Positions 19,311 through 29,844 of a stretch of DNA of 64,000 bases are shown here, one piece after another (positions within the stretch are counted from its first letter, which is position 1; every line of letters begins with the position of its first letter). The stretch spans positions 84,719-148,718 of the forward strand of contig CAYJKF010000002.1 of assembly GCA_964370865.1 (NCBI GenBank). The letters are read 5' to 3'. This stretch comes from an uncultured Candidatus Saccharibacteria bacterium (GTDB taxonomy: Bacteria > Patescibacteriota > WWE3 > 2-01-FULL-39-13). Below the pieces are notes generated by a model. The model was given only the letters and a program-made list of their open reading frames with translations. It ran no database searches and was not told the origin of the DNA. The position numbers were made by a program, and so were the translations under genes.

Positions 19311-19962
19311 ATTTATTTTTATATTAGTTAGTCTTTTTGTTGCTATTTTTCTAATCCTATTCCTATATGTTTTTAGGGTTAATTCACTCGAAGTTGTATC
19401 GAACAGTGCCGAAGCTAATGCTGATTTCATCACGGCAAAAGAATCTTTACAAACAAAGTATATTGGTCAGAGCATGTTTTTTGTCGACAATATTGATGTG
19501 TCGGCATATTTATCAAGTTTCGTTTTTTCACATAAATTATCACACATTGTTAAAACCTATCCTTCACACATATCAGTCGTTGTAGAGCCCAGACAACCAA
19601 AGTATATTATTAAGGCACCAAATGGATTGTTCACTATTGATGCTGATTACTATGTGATTGAAAGTACGGAGGAGGGGAACGCTCAGATTGAATATCAGTC
19701 TGATTTGCTTGTAAGACGCCACATTGAAGATCAAAAATTAATTGCAGGGTTGAAATATTCTACTTTAGATGCCAAAGTGATAGTAGGTAATGAGATATCA
19801 ATAACATTTGAAGATGGATCAAAAGTTATTCTTCCTGAAGATCAGAATGCTGAAATAATATTAGATATATTGAAAAAGATTCGTCAAAAGTATACGATTG
19901 AAAACAGGGCTATCGAATTAATTGATTTAAGATACTCAAAGCCTATAATTAAATTTAAGTAA
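19279..19962 (+). CDS. ftsQ: Cell division protein FtsQ/DivIB-like (POTRA-containing)
   Basis: N-terminal TM helix followed by an extracytoplasmic domain. Lies between murG and ftsA. Start ambiguous: the ORF track gives 19255, overlapping the murG 3' end. Confidence 0.6.
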   Translation: MKLLNIFKKRKFIFILVSLFVAIFLILFLYVFRVNSLEVVSNSAEANADFITAKESLQTKYIGQSMFFVDNIDVSAYLSSFVFSHKLSHIVKTYPSHISVVVEPRQPKYIIKAPNGLFTIDADYYVIESTEEGNAQIEYQSDLLVRRHIEDQKLIAGLKYSTLDAKVIVGNEISITFEDGSKVILPEDQNAEIILDILKKIRQKYTIENRAIELIDLRYSKPIIKFK

Positions 19963-19963
19963 A

Positions 19964-21235
19964 ATGTCGAAAGATCAATTTGTAGTAGCATTAGATATAG
20001 GTTCCTCAAAAATTTCATGTGTTGTAGCTAATCTTGATGGTTCAAGAATTTCCGTAATAGGTGCGCATACAGGAGAGTCAAAAGGAATTAAATCTGGTGT
20101 AGTTAATAACATCGATAAGGCCGTTAGTAGCATTAATGATGTTATCAATAAAGCTGAGATGATGTCTGGGCAGGCTATTTCAAGAGTTGTTGTAACCATT
20201 AGTGGTACACATATTGAGTCGCTAAATTCACGAGGTGTAGTAGCTGTATCTGGTCAGAATTCAGAAATCAACGCAGATGACATAAGCAGAGTCAATGATG
20301 CTGCACAAGCCCTCTCACTCCCATCGTCACGTGAAATAATACATGTCTTGCCAAGAGAGTATGTAGTAGATCGTCAAAGAGGAATTTCCGACCCAAGTGG
20401 GATGACTGGAATCCGTTTAGAGGTCGAGGCAAACATAATTCACGGTAGTACGACAGCCATTAAAAATCTAGTTAAGTGTGTTCAACAAATAGGAATTGAA
20501 GTTGATCAGTTAGCATATTCAGGTCTATCGTCCGCCGAAGCAGTTTTAACTGATACAGAAAAGGAACTTGGTACAATTTTGATTGATATTGGCGGCGGGA
20601 CTATGGATTTAATTATTTACAGTAGTGGTAGACCAGCATATTCTGCGGTACTTCCAATAGGCGGTCAGGATATTACAAATGATTTGGCGATTGGACTAAG
20701 GGCATTATTAGAAGATGCCGAAAAAGTTAAAGTTAGACTCTCAGATCATGAGGAGTTTTCATCGAAAGCTGTGATTATAGATAAGAATGGTAGAGAAGCA
20801 AAAATTCCCAAAGGAGAGCTGTATGTCGGCGATTTGAATTTCGGAATGGATAGTGTGCCAATTGCTGTCCTAAACGAGATTATATACAAAAGGTTAGAAG
20901 AGGCATTTAAATTCGTAAAAATCTATGTTAAGAAAGCAGGGTTTGCAGATAAATTGCCTGCTGGAGTTGTCTTAACTGGTGGTACCTCTATGATTCCAGG
21001 AATTGAGAATATTGCTGAAGATATTTTTAAACTACCGGTAAGGGTTGGTAAGCCATCCGGAATAATTGGACTAGCAGATCAGATACAAACGCCATCTCAT
21101 TCGGCGGTTATTGGCGCATTAAAATACATCTCAAGCACTATACAAGAAACTGGTAGAACAAATGGTAGAAGAAGTGGTACTATAATGGGGATTAACGAGA
21201 GAATAAAAAGTTTTTTCAAATCGTTTCTGCCTTAA
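19964..21235 (+). CDS. ftsA: Cell division protein FtsA (actin-like ATPase)
   Basis: VVALDIGSSKISCVVA phosphate-1 motif and DIGGGTMDL phosphate-2 motif. 423 aa. Immediately upstream of ftsZ. Confidence 0.9.
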   Translation: MSKDQFVVALDIGSSKISCVVANLDGSRISVIGAHTGESKGIKSGVVNNIDKAVSSINDVINKAEMMSGQAISRVVVTISGTHIESLNSRGVVAVSGQNSEINADDISRVNDAAQALSLPSSREIIHVLPREYVVDRQRGISDPSGMTGIRLEVEANIIHGSTTAIKNLVKCVQQIGIEVDQLAYSGLSSAEAVLTDTEKELGTILIDIGGGTMDLIIYSSGRPAYSAVLPIGGQDITNDLAIGLRALLEDAEKVKVRLSDHEEFSSKAVIIDKNGREAKIPKGELYVGDLNFGMDSVPIAVLNEIIYKRLEEAFKFVKIYVKKAGFADKLPAGVVLTGGTSMIPGIENIAEDIFKLPVRVGKPSGIIGLADQIQTPSHSAVIGALKYISSTIQETGRTNGRRSGTIMGINERIKSFFKSFLP

Positions 21236-21239
21236 AAAT

Positions 21240-22562
21240 ATGCCATTTATAGCGCCAAAGAGCGAAAATCCTGCAAAAATAAAAGTAATTGGAGTTGGGG
21301 GTGGAGGTCAGAATGCCATCAACACTATGGTTAACCTAGGAGAGACATACGGTGTTGAGTATATTGCTATGAATACCGACCTTCAGGCCTTGAATTCATG
21401 CGAAGCACCAACAAAGCTACAGCTTGGTCCTGGACGTACTCATGGTTTAGGTTCTGGAGCAGATCCATCCGTTGGACAAGATGCGGCATTTGAATCAGTT
21501 GAAGATGTTAAAAAATTATTAGAGGGCGCAAACATGGTGTTTGTCGCGGCTGGTTTAGGTGGAGGCACTGGAACCGGAGCTAGTCCCGTTGTGGCCCAAA
21601 TTGCTAAAGAACTTGGGATTTTGACGGTTGGAGTTGTCACAAAACCATTTGTATTCGAAGGAAAAAGAAGAATGGCTCAAGCCGATCAAGGTATAAAAGA
21701 TTTGAAAAGCAGAGTGGATGCACTTATTGTAATTCCAAATGAAAAATTATTAGAAGTTGTTGAAGAAAAAACTTCTATGCAAGATGCGTTTAAGGTTGTT
21801 GATAGGGTTGTTGGAAATGCTGTCAAAGGAATTTCTGATTTAATTACATCGGCTGGACTAATCAATGTAGACTTTGCTGATATTGAAACTGTTATGAGTA
21901 ATGCTGGATCCGCCTTAATGGGTATAGGTAAGGCAAATGGTGAGAATAGAGCGGAGAAGGCCGCCAAAATGGCTATTAATTCCCCACTGCTCGGCATTGA
22001 TATAAAAGGATCAACGGGTATTTTATTAAATATTGTTGGAGACTCAACAATGACAATGCACGAGGTTAACACAGCTGCTAAATTAGTATCAGAGTCAGCA
22101 AATGAAAACGCTAATATAATATTTGGAGCCAATATCGATCCTACAATTGATGGTGTTCAGGTTACCGTTATCGCGACAGGTTTTGATTCAGATTTTAAAG
22201 ATATTTCTATTCCAAATAATTCAACCGGGATTAGCGATAGAGACGTAATTGAACAAATAGATTCAAGATATGACAACATTAAAAAGAAACCAGTTGTTGT
22301 AGAAGATGAGATTGAAGAATTAGAAGAGAAGGTAGAACAACAAAAAGATAGGGATTTTAGTTTTAGCGAAATAGATTCGACTCCAAAAGATGATACAGAT
22401 GTATTAAAGAATTTACGAAAAGAAGTAGAGGAAATGGAAAAAAAGGAAAAACCTTCAACTGATAAATCACCATTTGATTCAGAAGATGATGATTCTGATC
22501 AGGATAGCTCTGATGATACCAAGAGCAACTTTTGGAATTTTATGAAGGATCGAAAGAAATAA
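21240..22562 (+). CDS. ftsZ: Cell division GTPase FtsZ
   Basis: IKVIGVGGGGQNAINTM and the tubulin signature GGGTGTGASPVVAQIAKE. Acidic Asp/Glu/Ser-rich C-terminal tail. Confidence 0.95.
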   Translation: MPFIAPKSENPAKIKVIGVGGGGQNAINTMVNLGETYGVEYIAMNTDLQALNSCEAPTKLQLGPGRTHGLGSGADPSVGQDAAFESVEDVKKLLEGANMVFVAAGLGGGTGTGASPVVAQIAKELGILTVGVVTKPFVFEGKRRMAQADQGIKDLKSRVDALIVIPNEKLLEVVEEKTSMQDAFKVVDRVVGNAVKGISDLITSAGLINVDFADIETVMSNAGSALMGIGKANGENRAEKAAKMAINSPLLGIDIKGSTGILLNIVGDSTMTMHEVNTAAKLVSESANENANIIFGANIDPTIDGVQVTVIATGFDSDFKDISIPNNSTGISDRDVIEQIDSRYDNIKKKPVVVEDEIEELEEKVEQQKDRDFSFSEIDSTPKDDTDVLKNLRKEVEEMEKKEKPSTDKSPFDSEDDDSDQDSSDDTKSNFWNFMKDRKK

Positions 22563-22566
22563 TTTC

Positions 22567-22749
22567 ATGCCAAGTAATGCCACTAAAAAAGAACTTTTCG
22601 TGTTTTTTTTTCTTATTTTCTGTGGGTTAATTGCCATTGCGTATTACTTTTACAAAGCTACTTTTAGATTCGATCCATATTATAGATTTAAAAGTGAGGA
22701 ACAAGCAAAGCAATTGATAAAATCCCCAAAAATTCTAATTGACCGTTGA
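22567..22749 (+). CDS. Small hypothetical membrane protein (60 aa, one TM helix)
   Basis: Short ORF directly after ftsZ with a hydrophobic N-terminus. No homology signal. Confidence 0.3.
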   Translation: MPSNATKKELFVFFFLIFCGLIAIAYYFYKATFRFDPYYRFKSEEQAKQLIKSPKILIDR

Positions 22750-23997
22750 TCCTTTTCCAATAATATTACGATTTATATTGATTGCATAAGTTAGAGGCGA
22801 AATACAAGCTAAACATAAAAACAAATATTGCCAATTATTAAATGACCATATAAAAACTACAGCAAAAATCATTCCCAGCAACACCGCCAGTTCAATAATA
22901 TAAGTTCTGTAGATAACGAAATCTGTCTCATGTTTTCCAAGTTTTGCATGCATATACATAGAACTTAAAAATGGTATCGAAAAGAAACTATTGTTTAATC
23001 GATCTAAAAAATCAGCGGAATAAATAATCGAAGGGGTTGAAGCAAAAGCGCGAATGACATATAAAGTTGTGTTCAATGAAACTCCAATCTTGTGTAATAA
23101 GTAGGGGCCGCTACTATCCACGGCTTTCCCGATTTTAAACGATAGAACTGTAGATAATGCCATTGAAAAAGAAGTAATAATTCCAATTACAGTAATATCA
23201 CTTGATATAAAAAAGATTAGAAGCGGAGACATAATAGCAAAAAATACATTTTCAACACCCATTGCGGCAAAAGCAATAGAATCGTTTACTAGACTGTTAT
23301 TTTTAATGTATTTAAAAAATATCTGCTTGGCATTATGTTTACCATGCTTATGTTCTTCGTTGCTAAATACCAGAGGAAGACCCGCAAATAGCAATATCAC
23401 CAGTCCTACAAGAAATAATGATTCAAAACCTGAAAAAGAAATTAGCATGGCTCCTATAAGAGGTCCTGTCATTGATGCAATCCTAGATAAGAGGAGTCTG
23501 AATCCTATATTCTTCCCGTATCTTCCTTCTGTGGAGGCTGATTTTCGTATGAAATAGGTATGATAGGGAATCCAATATAAAATGCTATTTACACTTAGCA
23601 AAGTTATAGAAATCGGCAGAAATAGAAAGAGATTTATTGGTGCAAGATAAAGGGAGAATAGCCCAACTCCTAATAGAATATTGCCCACAACAATCGAACC
23701 TTTAAAGTTTAATTTGCCAAATATTAGATTCACCATACTAGGCAGTAAGATTAATGCGACAAGAGATTTTAATCCATAAAAAAGAAATATATTGATTACT
23801 CCTCTAGAAATTTCATTTGATATTCCTAATGGGTTTAGGTGAATACTTTGATAAATAAAAATCGGTATATAGATTCCCATTACAGCTTCGGCAAAAGATC
23901 TTAGTGTATTAGTGATATATAAAGCTTTGGATTCAGTAAAATAGTGTTCTCCAAGTATATAGGCTGAATAGTTTTTTGCGGCAGGATTATGTTGCAT
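22735..23997 (-). CDS. Integral membrane transporter, probably major facilitator superfamily
   Basis: 420 aa with about 12 TM helices. No catalytic motifs. Confidence 0.5.
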   Translation of the reverse strand: MQHNPAAKNYSAYILGEHYFTESKALYITNTLRSFAEAVMGIYIPIFIYQSIHLNPLGISNEISRGVINIFLFYGLKSLVALILLPSMVNLIFGKLNFKGSIVVGNILLGVGLFSLYLAPINLFLFLPISITLLSVNSILYWIPYHTYFIRKSASTEGRYGKNIGFRLLLSRIASMTGPLIGAMLISFSGFESLFLVGLVILLFAGLPLVFSNEEHKHGKHNAKQIFFKYIKNNSLVNDSIAFAAMGVENVFFAIMSPLLIFFISSDITVIGIITSFSMALSTVLSFKIGKAVDSSGPYLLHKIGVSLNTTLYVIRAFASTPSIIYSADFLDRLNNSFFSIPFLSSMYMHAKLGKHETDFVIYRTYIIELAVLLGMIFAVVFIWSFNNWQYLFLCLACISPLTYAININRNIIGKGSTVN

Positions 23998-24039
23998 GCT
24001 ACTAGAAGTCTAGCAAAAATATTGACTTGAGTTCGCCCA

Positions 24040-26934
24040 GTGTTAACCTTTCTTACATATATGAAAACGAAATTTAATGAGGTTCCAGTACAGTTAAATT
24101 TACCCGAAATAGAGTTAAAAATTCTAAAAGCCTGGAAAGACAATAATATCTACGAGAAAGTTAAAGAAAAATATAAAGATGCACCTGAAAAGGTTTATTA
24201 TGATGGTCCTATTACGGCAAATGCTATGCCGCACTATGGTCATATCATACCTTGGACTGCTAAGGATGTTATACCAAGATATTGGACCATGACTGGCAAT
24301 TTTGTTTCAAGAAATATTGGTTGGGATTGCCAAGGTCTTCCTGTCGAAATGGAAGTCGAGAAGAGGTTAGGATTCAAATCAAAAAAGGAAGTTGAAACAT
24401 TTGGAATCGAGAAATTTAATCAGGAATGTAAAAATTCGGTAATGGAATACAGGGATGCTATGTGGAGGTACGAAGAACGAATTGGAAGATGGATAGAACC
24501 TACTGACACATACGAGACGATGTCGCCAAAGTATATTGAAAGCGTCTGGTGGTCTCTAAAAGAGTTGTACAACAAAGATCTATTATATGAAGGCCTAAAA
24601 GTTGTTCCATATTCAGCAAGAGCTGGCACTCCATTGTCTAATTCTGAGGTAGCCATGGGTGGATATAAAGAAGTCGTCGATCCAGCCGTTACAATAAAAT
24701 TCAAGGTAAAAGGAAAAAATGAATTCCTACTAGCATGGACAACTACTCCTTGGACGCTGCCTGGTAACTTAATGCTCTCAGTGGGGCGAAAAATCACTTA
24801 CTGTAAGGTTAGTTCAAATAATGAAGTTTTTATCCTAGCAAAGGATTGCGTAGAGAGAATATTCAAAGATCAAGAGGTTGCAATTATTGAGGAATTTTCC
24901 GCTGAAAAATTAATTGGTATGGAATATGAACCACTTTTTGATTACTTTGAAACAAAAAGAGATGAAGGATGTTTTAAGGTTATTTATGCAGACCATGTTA
25001 CAACCGAAGACGGAACTGGAATTGTTCATCTTGCGCCATACGGAGCAGAAGATTTCGATATATTTATGAAGCTTGGTATTAAGATATTTGATTATCTAGA
25101 CTCAAATGCCGCATTTAACAATTTAATACCAGAGTTTGAGGGGAAATTTTACAAGAAGGCGAACCCAATCATAATTTCACAATTAACTGAAAAAGGCCTC
25201 TTATTTAAACTCGAAGATTACTCGCACCAAATGCCAATGTGTTGGCGTACTGATACTCCTTTGATATATAAACCTGTAAAGAGTTGGTATGTTGCCGTTA
25301 CTAAAATAAAGGATCAATTACTTTCAGAAAATGAAAAAATAAAATGGGTTCCAGATAATATAAAAAATGGAAGATTCGGTGTATGGCTCGAAAACGCTAG
25401 AGATTGGGCACTTAGCAGAAATCGATATTGGGGAACCCCGCTTCCTGTATGGATTAATGATAAGACTGGTGAAGTGGTTGTAATTGGATCATTTGAAGAA
25501 TTAAGTCGGCTAAGTAATAAGGAACTTCCTGCTGATTTTGATCCACATATGCCTTTTGTTGATGAAATAACCTGGCAAGATAAAAACGGAGGAACTTACA
25601 GACGAGTAAAGGAGGTTATCGATGTTTGGTATGACTCAGGAGCAATGCCATTTGCTAGGCACCATTATCCTTTTGAGAATGTAGAAGATTTTAAACGTAC
25701 CTTTCCATCTGAATACATAGCCGAAGGAGTTGACCAAACTAGAGGATGGTTTTACTCACTATTAGTTATTAATGTAGCTCTTTTTGCCAAGACCCCATAT
25801 GAGTCTTGTTTGGTAATCGGAATGCTCGGAGATGAACACGGTAAGAAATTAAGTAAGAGCAAGAAAAATTACCCTCCTGTAGATGAAGCTTTAACAAAAT
25901 ATGGTTCAGAGGCGCTTCGTTATTATATTTTGTCATCACCAATTGTCGAGAACGGCACTGCAAAATTTAGCTACCGTCTTCTTGAAGAATCTAAGAGAGA
26001 ATTTTTCCCAACAATATGGAATTCATTTAGATATTTTGTAACTTACGCAAATTTAAAAGGTTTTGAAATAAAAAACTTATCGGAGCTAGATGATAGGTTT
26101 ACAATTCTTGATAAATGGATATTAACTAGAATGAATCAGGTTAAACAAAAAGTGAATTCTGATTTGGTAAATCTTAGATTGGTAGATGCTACAAGAGAAT
26201 TTACTGTATTTTTAGATGACCTATCCAACTGGTACATCAGAAGATCTCGTGATCGCTTATCTGAAGGTGACGAAGTTTCTATGAATGTATTATTTTCTGT
26301 ACTTTACGATTTTTCGAAATTAATAGCACCTTTTATGCCGCTATTTTCCGAAGAATTATATAAAAATTTATCAGTGGCATCTGAACAGGCTCTAGAATCT
26401 GTCCATTTGGAAAAGTATCCAACAAGCGAGATTACTATAGATGACAATTTAATTGATCAGATGGTATTTGCAAGGCAACTTGCATCGGTCGCAAGTGCTA
26501 TTAGAAAAGAAAACAATCTACCTATTAGGCAGCCATTAAGCGTTTTAGAAGTTATGTTATATCAAGAGAAAACGGCTTTGTCAGAAGAAATCTTAGAAAT
26601 TGTGAAAGATGAGATAAACGTAAAAAATATTGTTTTTGTTACAGAATTTATGTTATCTGAAGGAAATTGGATAAATAAAGAAGATAATGGGGTTGAAATA
26701 CGATTAAACACCGATATCACAGAAGAATTGAAGCTTGAAGGTATTCTCAGAGAATTTATTCGCGAAATTCAGAAATTACGTAAAGAGGCGAATGTTGAGT
26801 GGGACAAATTGGTTGATGTAACATATCCGGAGATCGAAGGTTATTCAGATGTATTGGCTAAATATGAGTATCAAATCAAGCAAAAAACGTTAGTTAAATC
26901 CTTTATAAAGGGTGGAGAATTTAAGCTAAATTAG
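24040..26934 (+). CDS. ileS: Isoleucine--tRNA ligase
   Basis: Class I HIGH motif (PHYGH) and KMSKS motif (KLSKS). GWDCQGLPVE matches the IleRS GWDCHGLPIE. 964 aa. The true start may be the ATG at 24061 (MKTKF...). Confidence 0.8.
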   Translation: MLTFLTYMKTKFNEVPVQLNLPEIELKILKAWKDNNIYEKVKEKYKDAPEKVYYDGPITANAMPHYGHIIPWTAKDVIPRYWTMTGNFVSRNIGWDCQGLPVEMEVEKRLGFKSKKEVETFGIEKFNQECKNSVMEYRDAMWRYEERIGRWIEPTDTYETMSPKYIESVWWSLKELYNKDLLYEGLKVVPYSARAGTPLSNSEVAMGGYKEVVDPAVTIKFKVKGKNEFLLAWTTTPWTLPGNLMLSVGRKITYCKVSSNNEVFILAKDCVERIFKDQEVAIIEEFSAEKLIGMEYEPLFDYFETKRDEGCFKVIYADHVTTEDGTGIVHLAPYGAEDFDIFMKLGIKIFDYLDSNAAFNNLIPEFEGKFYKKANPIIISQLTEKGLLFKLEDYSHQMPMCWRTDTPLIYKPVKSWYVAVTKIKDQLLSENEKIKWVPDNIKNGRFGVWLENARDWALSRNRYWGTPLPVWINDKTGEVVVIGSFEELSRLSNKELPADFDPHMPFVDEITWQDKNGGTYRRVKEVIDVWYDSGAMPFARHHYPFENVEDFKRTFPSEYIAEGVDQTRGWFYSLLVINVALFAKTPYESCLVIGMLGDEHGKKLSKSKKNYPPVDEALTKYGSEALRYYILSSPIVENGTAKFSYRLLEESKREFFPTIWNSFRYFVTYANLKGFEIKNLSELDDRFTILDKWILTRMNQVKQKVNSDLVNLRLVDATREFTVFLDDLSNWYIRRSRDRLSEGDEVSMNVLFSVLYDFSKLIAPFMPLFSEELYKNLSVASEQALESVHLEKYPTSEITIDDNLIDQMVFARQLASVASAIRKENNLPIRQPLSVLEVMLYQEKTALSEEILEIVKDEINVKNIVFVTEFMLSEGNWINKEDNGVEIRLNTDITEELKLEGILREFIREIQKLRKEANVEWDKLVDVTYPEIEGYSDVLAKYEYQIKQKTLVKSFIKGGEFKLN

Positions 26935-26993
26935 GGTTTCTTGCTCTTAAATGCAAGTTTAGCTAAACTATGTCGGAATAATAGTTAATTTAT

Positions 26994-27070
26994 GGGCTTG
27001 TAGCTCAGTTGGTTAGAGCGCCTCAATGGCATTGAGGAGGCAAGGGGTTCGAATCCCCTCAAGTCCACCA
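26994..27070 (+). tRNA. tRNA-Ala (anticodon GGC), CCA encoded
   Basis: Cloverleaf by hand: acceptor GGGCTTG/CAAGTCC with the G3:U70 Ala identity pair. D-arm GCTC-AGTTGGTT-AGAGC. Anticodon loop ATGGCAT. T-arm AGGGG-TTCGAAT-CCCCT. Confidence 0.9.
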
Positions 27071-27126
27071 GGTAATGGTTTATTGCTATAATTCGCTAGT
27101 TTTGGTAATATTTCCTACGTACATAT

Positions 27127-27567
27127 ATGGATTTTGCAGTAATAAAGCTTAACGGCAAACAATTTATAGTAAAGAAAGGTGACTTATTGACAGTTGACCG
27201 AGTCACGTTAGAAACACCTGTACAGGTGTTAGCTTTTGCGACTGATTCAGCAGTAGAGCTTGATTTAGAGAAATTAACGAAAATAGGTCTCGAACTTGAA
27301 GTTATGTCAGATTTTAGAACAGCAAAGATTCAAGTTAGAAGATATAAGAGCAAATCCAGATATAGAAAGAATAAAACCCATAGGCAACCATTAACAATGT
27401 TAAAAGTTATAGATTTATCACCAAAAGGTGGAATAAAAATAGTCGAAAATAAAGGTAAAACTCCACAACCTACTCAAGAAGAAGAAACACAGGTGAAAGC
27501 TAAACCATCAAAGATAAAAGCCGAACCTGAGTCAAAGAATAAGAAAGTAGTAAAAGCAAAGGAATAA
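27127..27567 (+). CDS. rplU: 50S ribosomal protein L21 with a Lys-rich C-terminal extension
   Basis: MDFAVIKLNGKQFIVKKGDLL is an L21 N-terminus. Followed directly by rpmA. Confidence 0.85.
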   Translation: MDFAVIKLNGKQFIVKKGDLLTVDRVTLETPVQVLAFATDSAVELDLEKLTKIGLELEVMSDFRTAKIQVRRYKSKSRYRKNKTHRQPLTMLKVIDLSPKGGIKIVENKGKTPQPTQEEETQVKAKPSKIKAEPESKNKKVVKAKE

Positions 27568-27570
27568 AAT

Positions 27571-27834
27571 ATGGCACATAAGAAAGCAACAGCAGCAAAT
27601 GCATCACAAAAAGGAAATCGACAAGGTAAACATAGAGGATTAAAAAGAGGAGATGGGGAATACGTATTGGGTGGAACAATCTTAGTTAGACAAGTTGGCT
27701 CTGTTTATTTGGCAGGTGAAAATGTAATGATGGGTAAGGATTTCACACTATTCGCATCAAAAGATGGATACGTAAAATTTACAAACTACAGTAAAGAGAA
27801 AAAGTGTGTAAATATCGTTTCTACAGACGATTAA
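27571..27834 (+). CDS. rpmA: 50S ribosomal protein L27
   Basis: MAHKKATAANASQKGNRQGKHRGLKRGDGEYVLGGTILVRQVGS matches the L27 signature. Confidence 0.9.
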   Translation: MAHKKATAANASQKGNRQGKHRGLKRGDGEYVLGGTILVRQVGSVYLAGENVMMGKDFTLFASKDGYVKFTNYSKEKKCVNIVSTDD

Positions 27835-27848
27835 TTAATCCTCATTTT

Positions 27849-28490
27849 TTATTCAGTAGCATTATATTTTGGAAGTTTTATGAGACCAATTTCATTTGTT
27901 GGCCAATAACGGAAGTAGCTTCTACCAACAATATCTGTCTTTGGTACAAATCCCCAAGTTCGAGAATCTGAACTATCAGGCCTGTTATCTCCCATGACGA
28001 TATATGAATTGTCTGGAATTGTTATTTTTTCACCTTCCTTAAGAAATGCTTTGGATTCAGTAATAACCTTGCTTGATAGATATTCACCCTCGTCCAGGAT
28101 AAAACCAGCCGGATTTTCTGAGTTATAAATATAGATTTTATTATCTTTGAGCATAATCTCCTCACCAGGAAGTGCAATTATTCGTTTAATATAGTCTGAA
28201 TTCTTCTTAAGGGGATATTTAAATACTATTATTTCTCCTCTGTGTGGCTCTCTAAATTTATAGGTTAATTTATCAGTAAGGATATATTGCCCTTGATGAA
28301 AATTCGCAACTCCGTCCATTGAAGAACCAACAACTTCATGTGGTTGAAACGCAAAAAGATATGTAATAACAAAGAATGCTAGTCCGATAATCAGGCTTTC
28401 TAGAAAGTCTAATAAAATCGAGCCAGCATATGAGAAGAAAGTTCGAGCCATACCAGAGTAGTATAACAAGAATAATGGTAAAATTAACAA
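27849..28490 (-). CDS. lepB: Signal peptidase I
   Basis: Catalytic Ser box VVGSSMDG. KRIIALPGEEI (Lys box). C-terminal VMGDNRPDSSDSRTWGFV. Confidence 0.85.
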   Translation of the reverse strand: MLILPLFLLYYSGMARTFFSYAGSILLDFLESLIIGLAFFVITYLFAFQPHEVVGSSMDGVANFHQGQYILTDKLTYKFREPHRGEIIVFKYPLKKNSDYIKRIIALPGEEIMLKDNKIYIYNSENPAGFILDEGEYLSSKVITESKAFLKEGEKITIPDNSYIVMGDNRPDSSDSRTWGFVPKTDIVGRSYFRYWPTNEIGLIKLPKYNATE

Positions 28491-28501
28491 ATAATTTATT
28501 A

Positions 28502-28578
28502 GAGTCTGTAGCTCAGTTGGTTAGAGCGCTTCGTTCACATCGAAGAGGTCAGTGGTTCGAGTCCACTCCGACTCACCA
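28502..28578 (+). tRNA. tRNA-Val (anticodon CAC), CCA encoded. One U6:C67 mismatch in the acceptor stem.
   Basis: Cloverleaf by hand: acceptor GAGTCTG/CCGACTC. D-arm GCTC-AGTTGGTT-AGAGC. Anticodon stem CTTCG/CGAAG with loop TTCACAT. T-arm AGTGG-TTCGAGT-CCACT. Confidence 0.8.
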
Positions 28579-28596
28579 TTGATTTTGCCATTGTCT

Positions 28597-29844
28597 ATGA
28601 ATAGAAAAAAGCTTGTTGCTGTAAATACTTTTTATCAATTAGTAGTACGATTCTCATCTGGAATATTCACATTAATTACAACAATATATGTTGCAAGGTA
28701 CGCTGGGATTCCACTTTTAGCTCAATATTCTACTGTTATAGCTTTTGTTGTTATTTTTGTAGCCTTATCAGATCTTGGTATAAATACTCGTACTCTTAAA
28801 TTTTTCGATACAGAAGCGAAGTTGAGAGAGAATTTTAAAAAACTACTTGGTCTTAGAATTCTTATCTCGCTTCTTTCGCTTATTTTGGGTTTAATATTGC
28901 TATATATTATTGGATATTCGAAGGAATTATATATCCCAATTTTGTTTGGTCTTTTTGCAGTTTTGATCAATGCTTTTCTAAAATCATTTACAGTTATTTT
29001 TCAAGTTAAGTCAGACTATTCAAGTTTTGCAAAAATAAGCTTCGTAGTATATTTGACTGCTCTAGCATATATCGGTGTATCCTCGGTTAATTCAGTTTTA
29101 AGTATTTTTGAGTTAATTGCAGTTTATTTGCTTGTCCAACTTATAATCGCGGCAGGACTGTCTTATGTCTACAGAAGTTACCTGGTTTTAAAGGGTAAAA
29201 TATTTGATTTTGCCTTCAGTAAATCAATACTTTCTGATATATGGGTTTTTGCAGTAATAATGCTTGTGAATTTACTTATGTTAAATTTGGACAGATTATT
29301 ATTAGCTAAACTTTCAGATGATGCAAATGTTTCAGTGTACAATACCTCCTATCGAATCTTTGAATTTGCTTTAATTATTCCCACCTATATTATGAATACC
29401 TATTTTCCAATGCTAGTGTTGGAGGAGGGGTCGAATGCTATGACTCGATTAGCAGGCACTATGAAATCTATCCGTTATTTATTGATTATATCAATCTGCG
29501 TTATGGTAGGGCTGATAGGGGTTTCATATTTAATACCTTTTATATGGGGGAAAGAATTAGTGAATGGTGTTCGAGCTTTACAGATGCTTGCTTTAGGAAT
29601 TCCTTTTTTCTATATAACATCTCCTCTAAACTGGTTATATGCTACCGAAAAGCAATATAAAATTATGCTTTTGGCTTATTTTGTTGCACTGATAGTAAAC
29701 GTTATTGGAAATATTAGCTTTATAGGATCTATTGGCTATGTTTCGCCGATTATTTTCAAAATTATTTCTGAACTTATCGTTCTAAGTGTGTTTTTATACC
29801 CATTGTTAAGCCGAAGCCTTATGACAAAGCCTGTCACAAAATGA
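28597..29844 (+). CDS. Polysaccharide biosynthesis protein / oligosaccharide flippase (MOP superfamily, Wzx/MurJ-like)
   Basis: About 12 TM helices. Start moved to the MNRKK ATG because the ORF-track start (28552) lies inside tRNA-Val. Confidence 0.55.
   Translation: MNRKKLVAVNTFYQLVVRFSSGIFTLITTIYVARYAGIPLLAQYSTVIAFVVIFVALSDLGINTRTLKFFDTEAKLRENFKKLLGLRILISLLSLILGLILLYIIGYSKELYIPILFGLFAVLINAFLKSFTVIFQVKSDYSSFAKISFVVYLTALAYIGVSSVNSVLSIFELIAVYLLVQLIIAAGLSYVYRSYLVLKGKIFDFAFSKSILSDIWVFAVIMLVNLLMLNLDRLLLAKLSDDANVSVYNTSYRIFEFALIIPTYIMNTYFPMLVLEEGSNAMTRLAGTMKSIRYLLIISICVMVGLIGVSYLIPFIWGKELVNGVRALQMLALGIPFFYITSPLNWLYATEKQYKIMLLAYFVALIVNVIGNISFIGSIGYVSPIIFKIISELIVLSVFLYPLLSRSLMTKPVTK

Noticed and set aside
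21440-22132. Antisense ORFs inside ftsZ (21440-21640, 21686-22132)
   Set aside because: They are entirely contained within the strongly supported ftsZ CDS. Their Ala/Pro/Ser-rich translations are typical mirror-frame artefacts of a Gly/Ala-rich gene.
28552-28596. ORF-track start of the flippase gene at 28552
   Set aside because: These 45 nt lie inside the tRNA-Val gene. The CDS start was moved to the next in-frame ATG at 28597.
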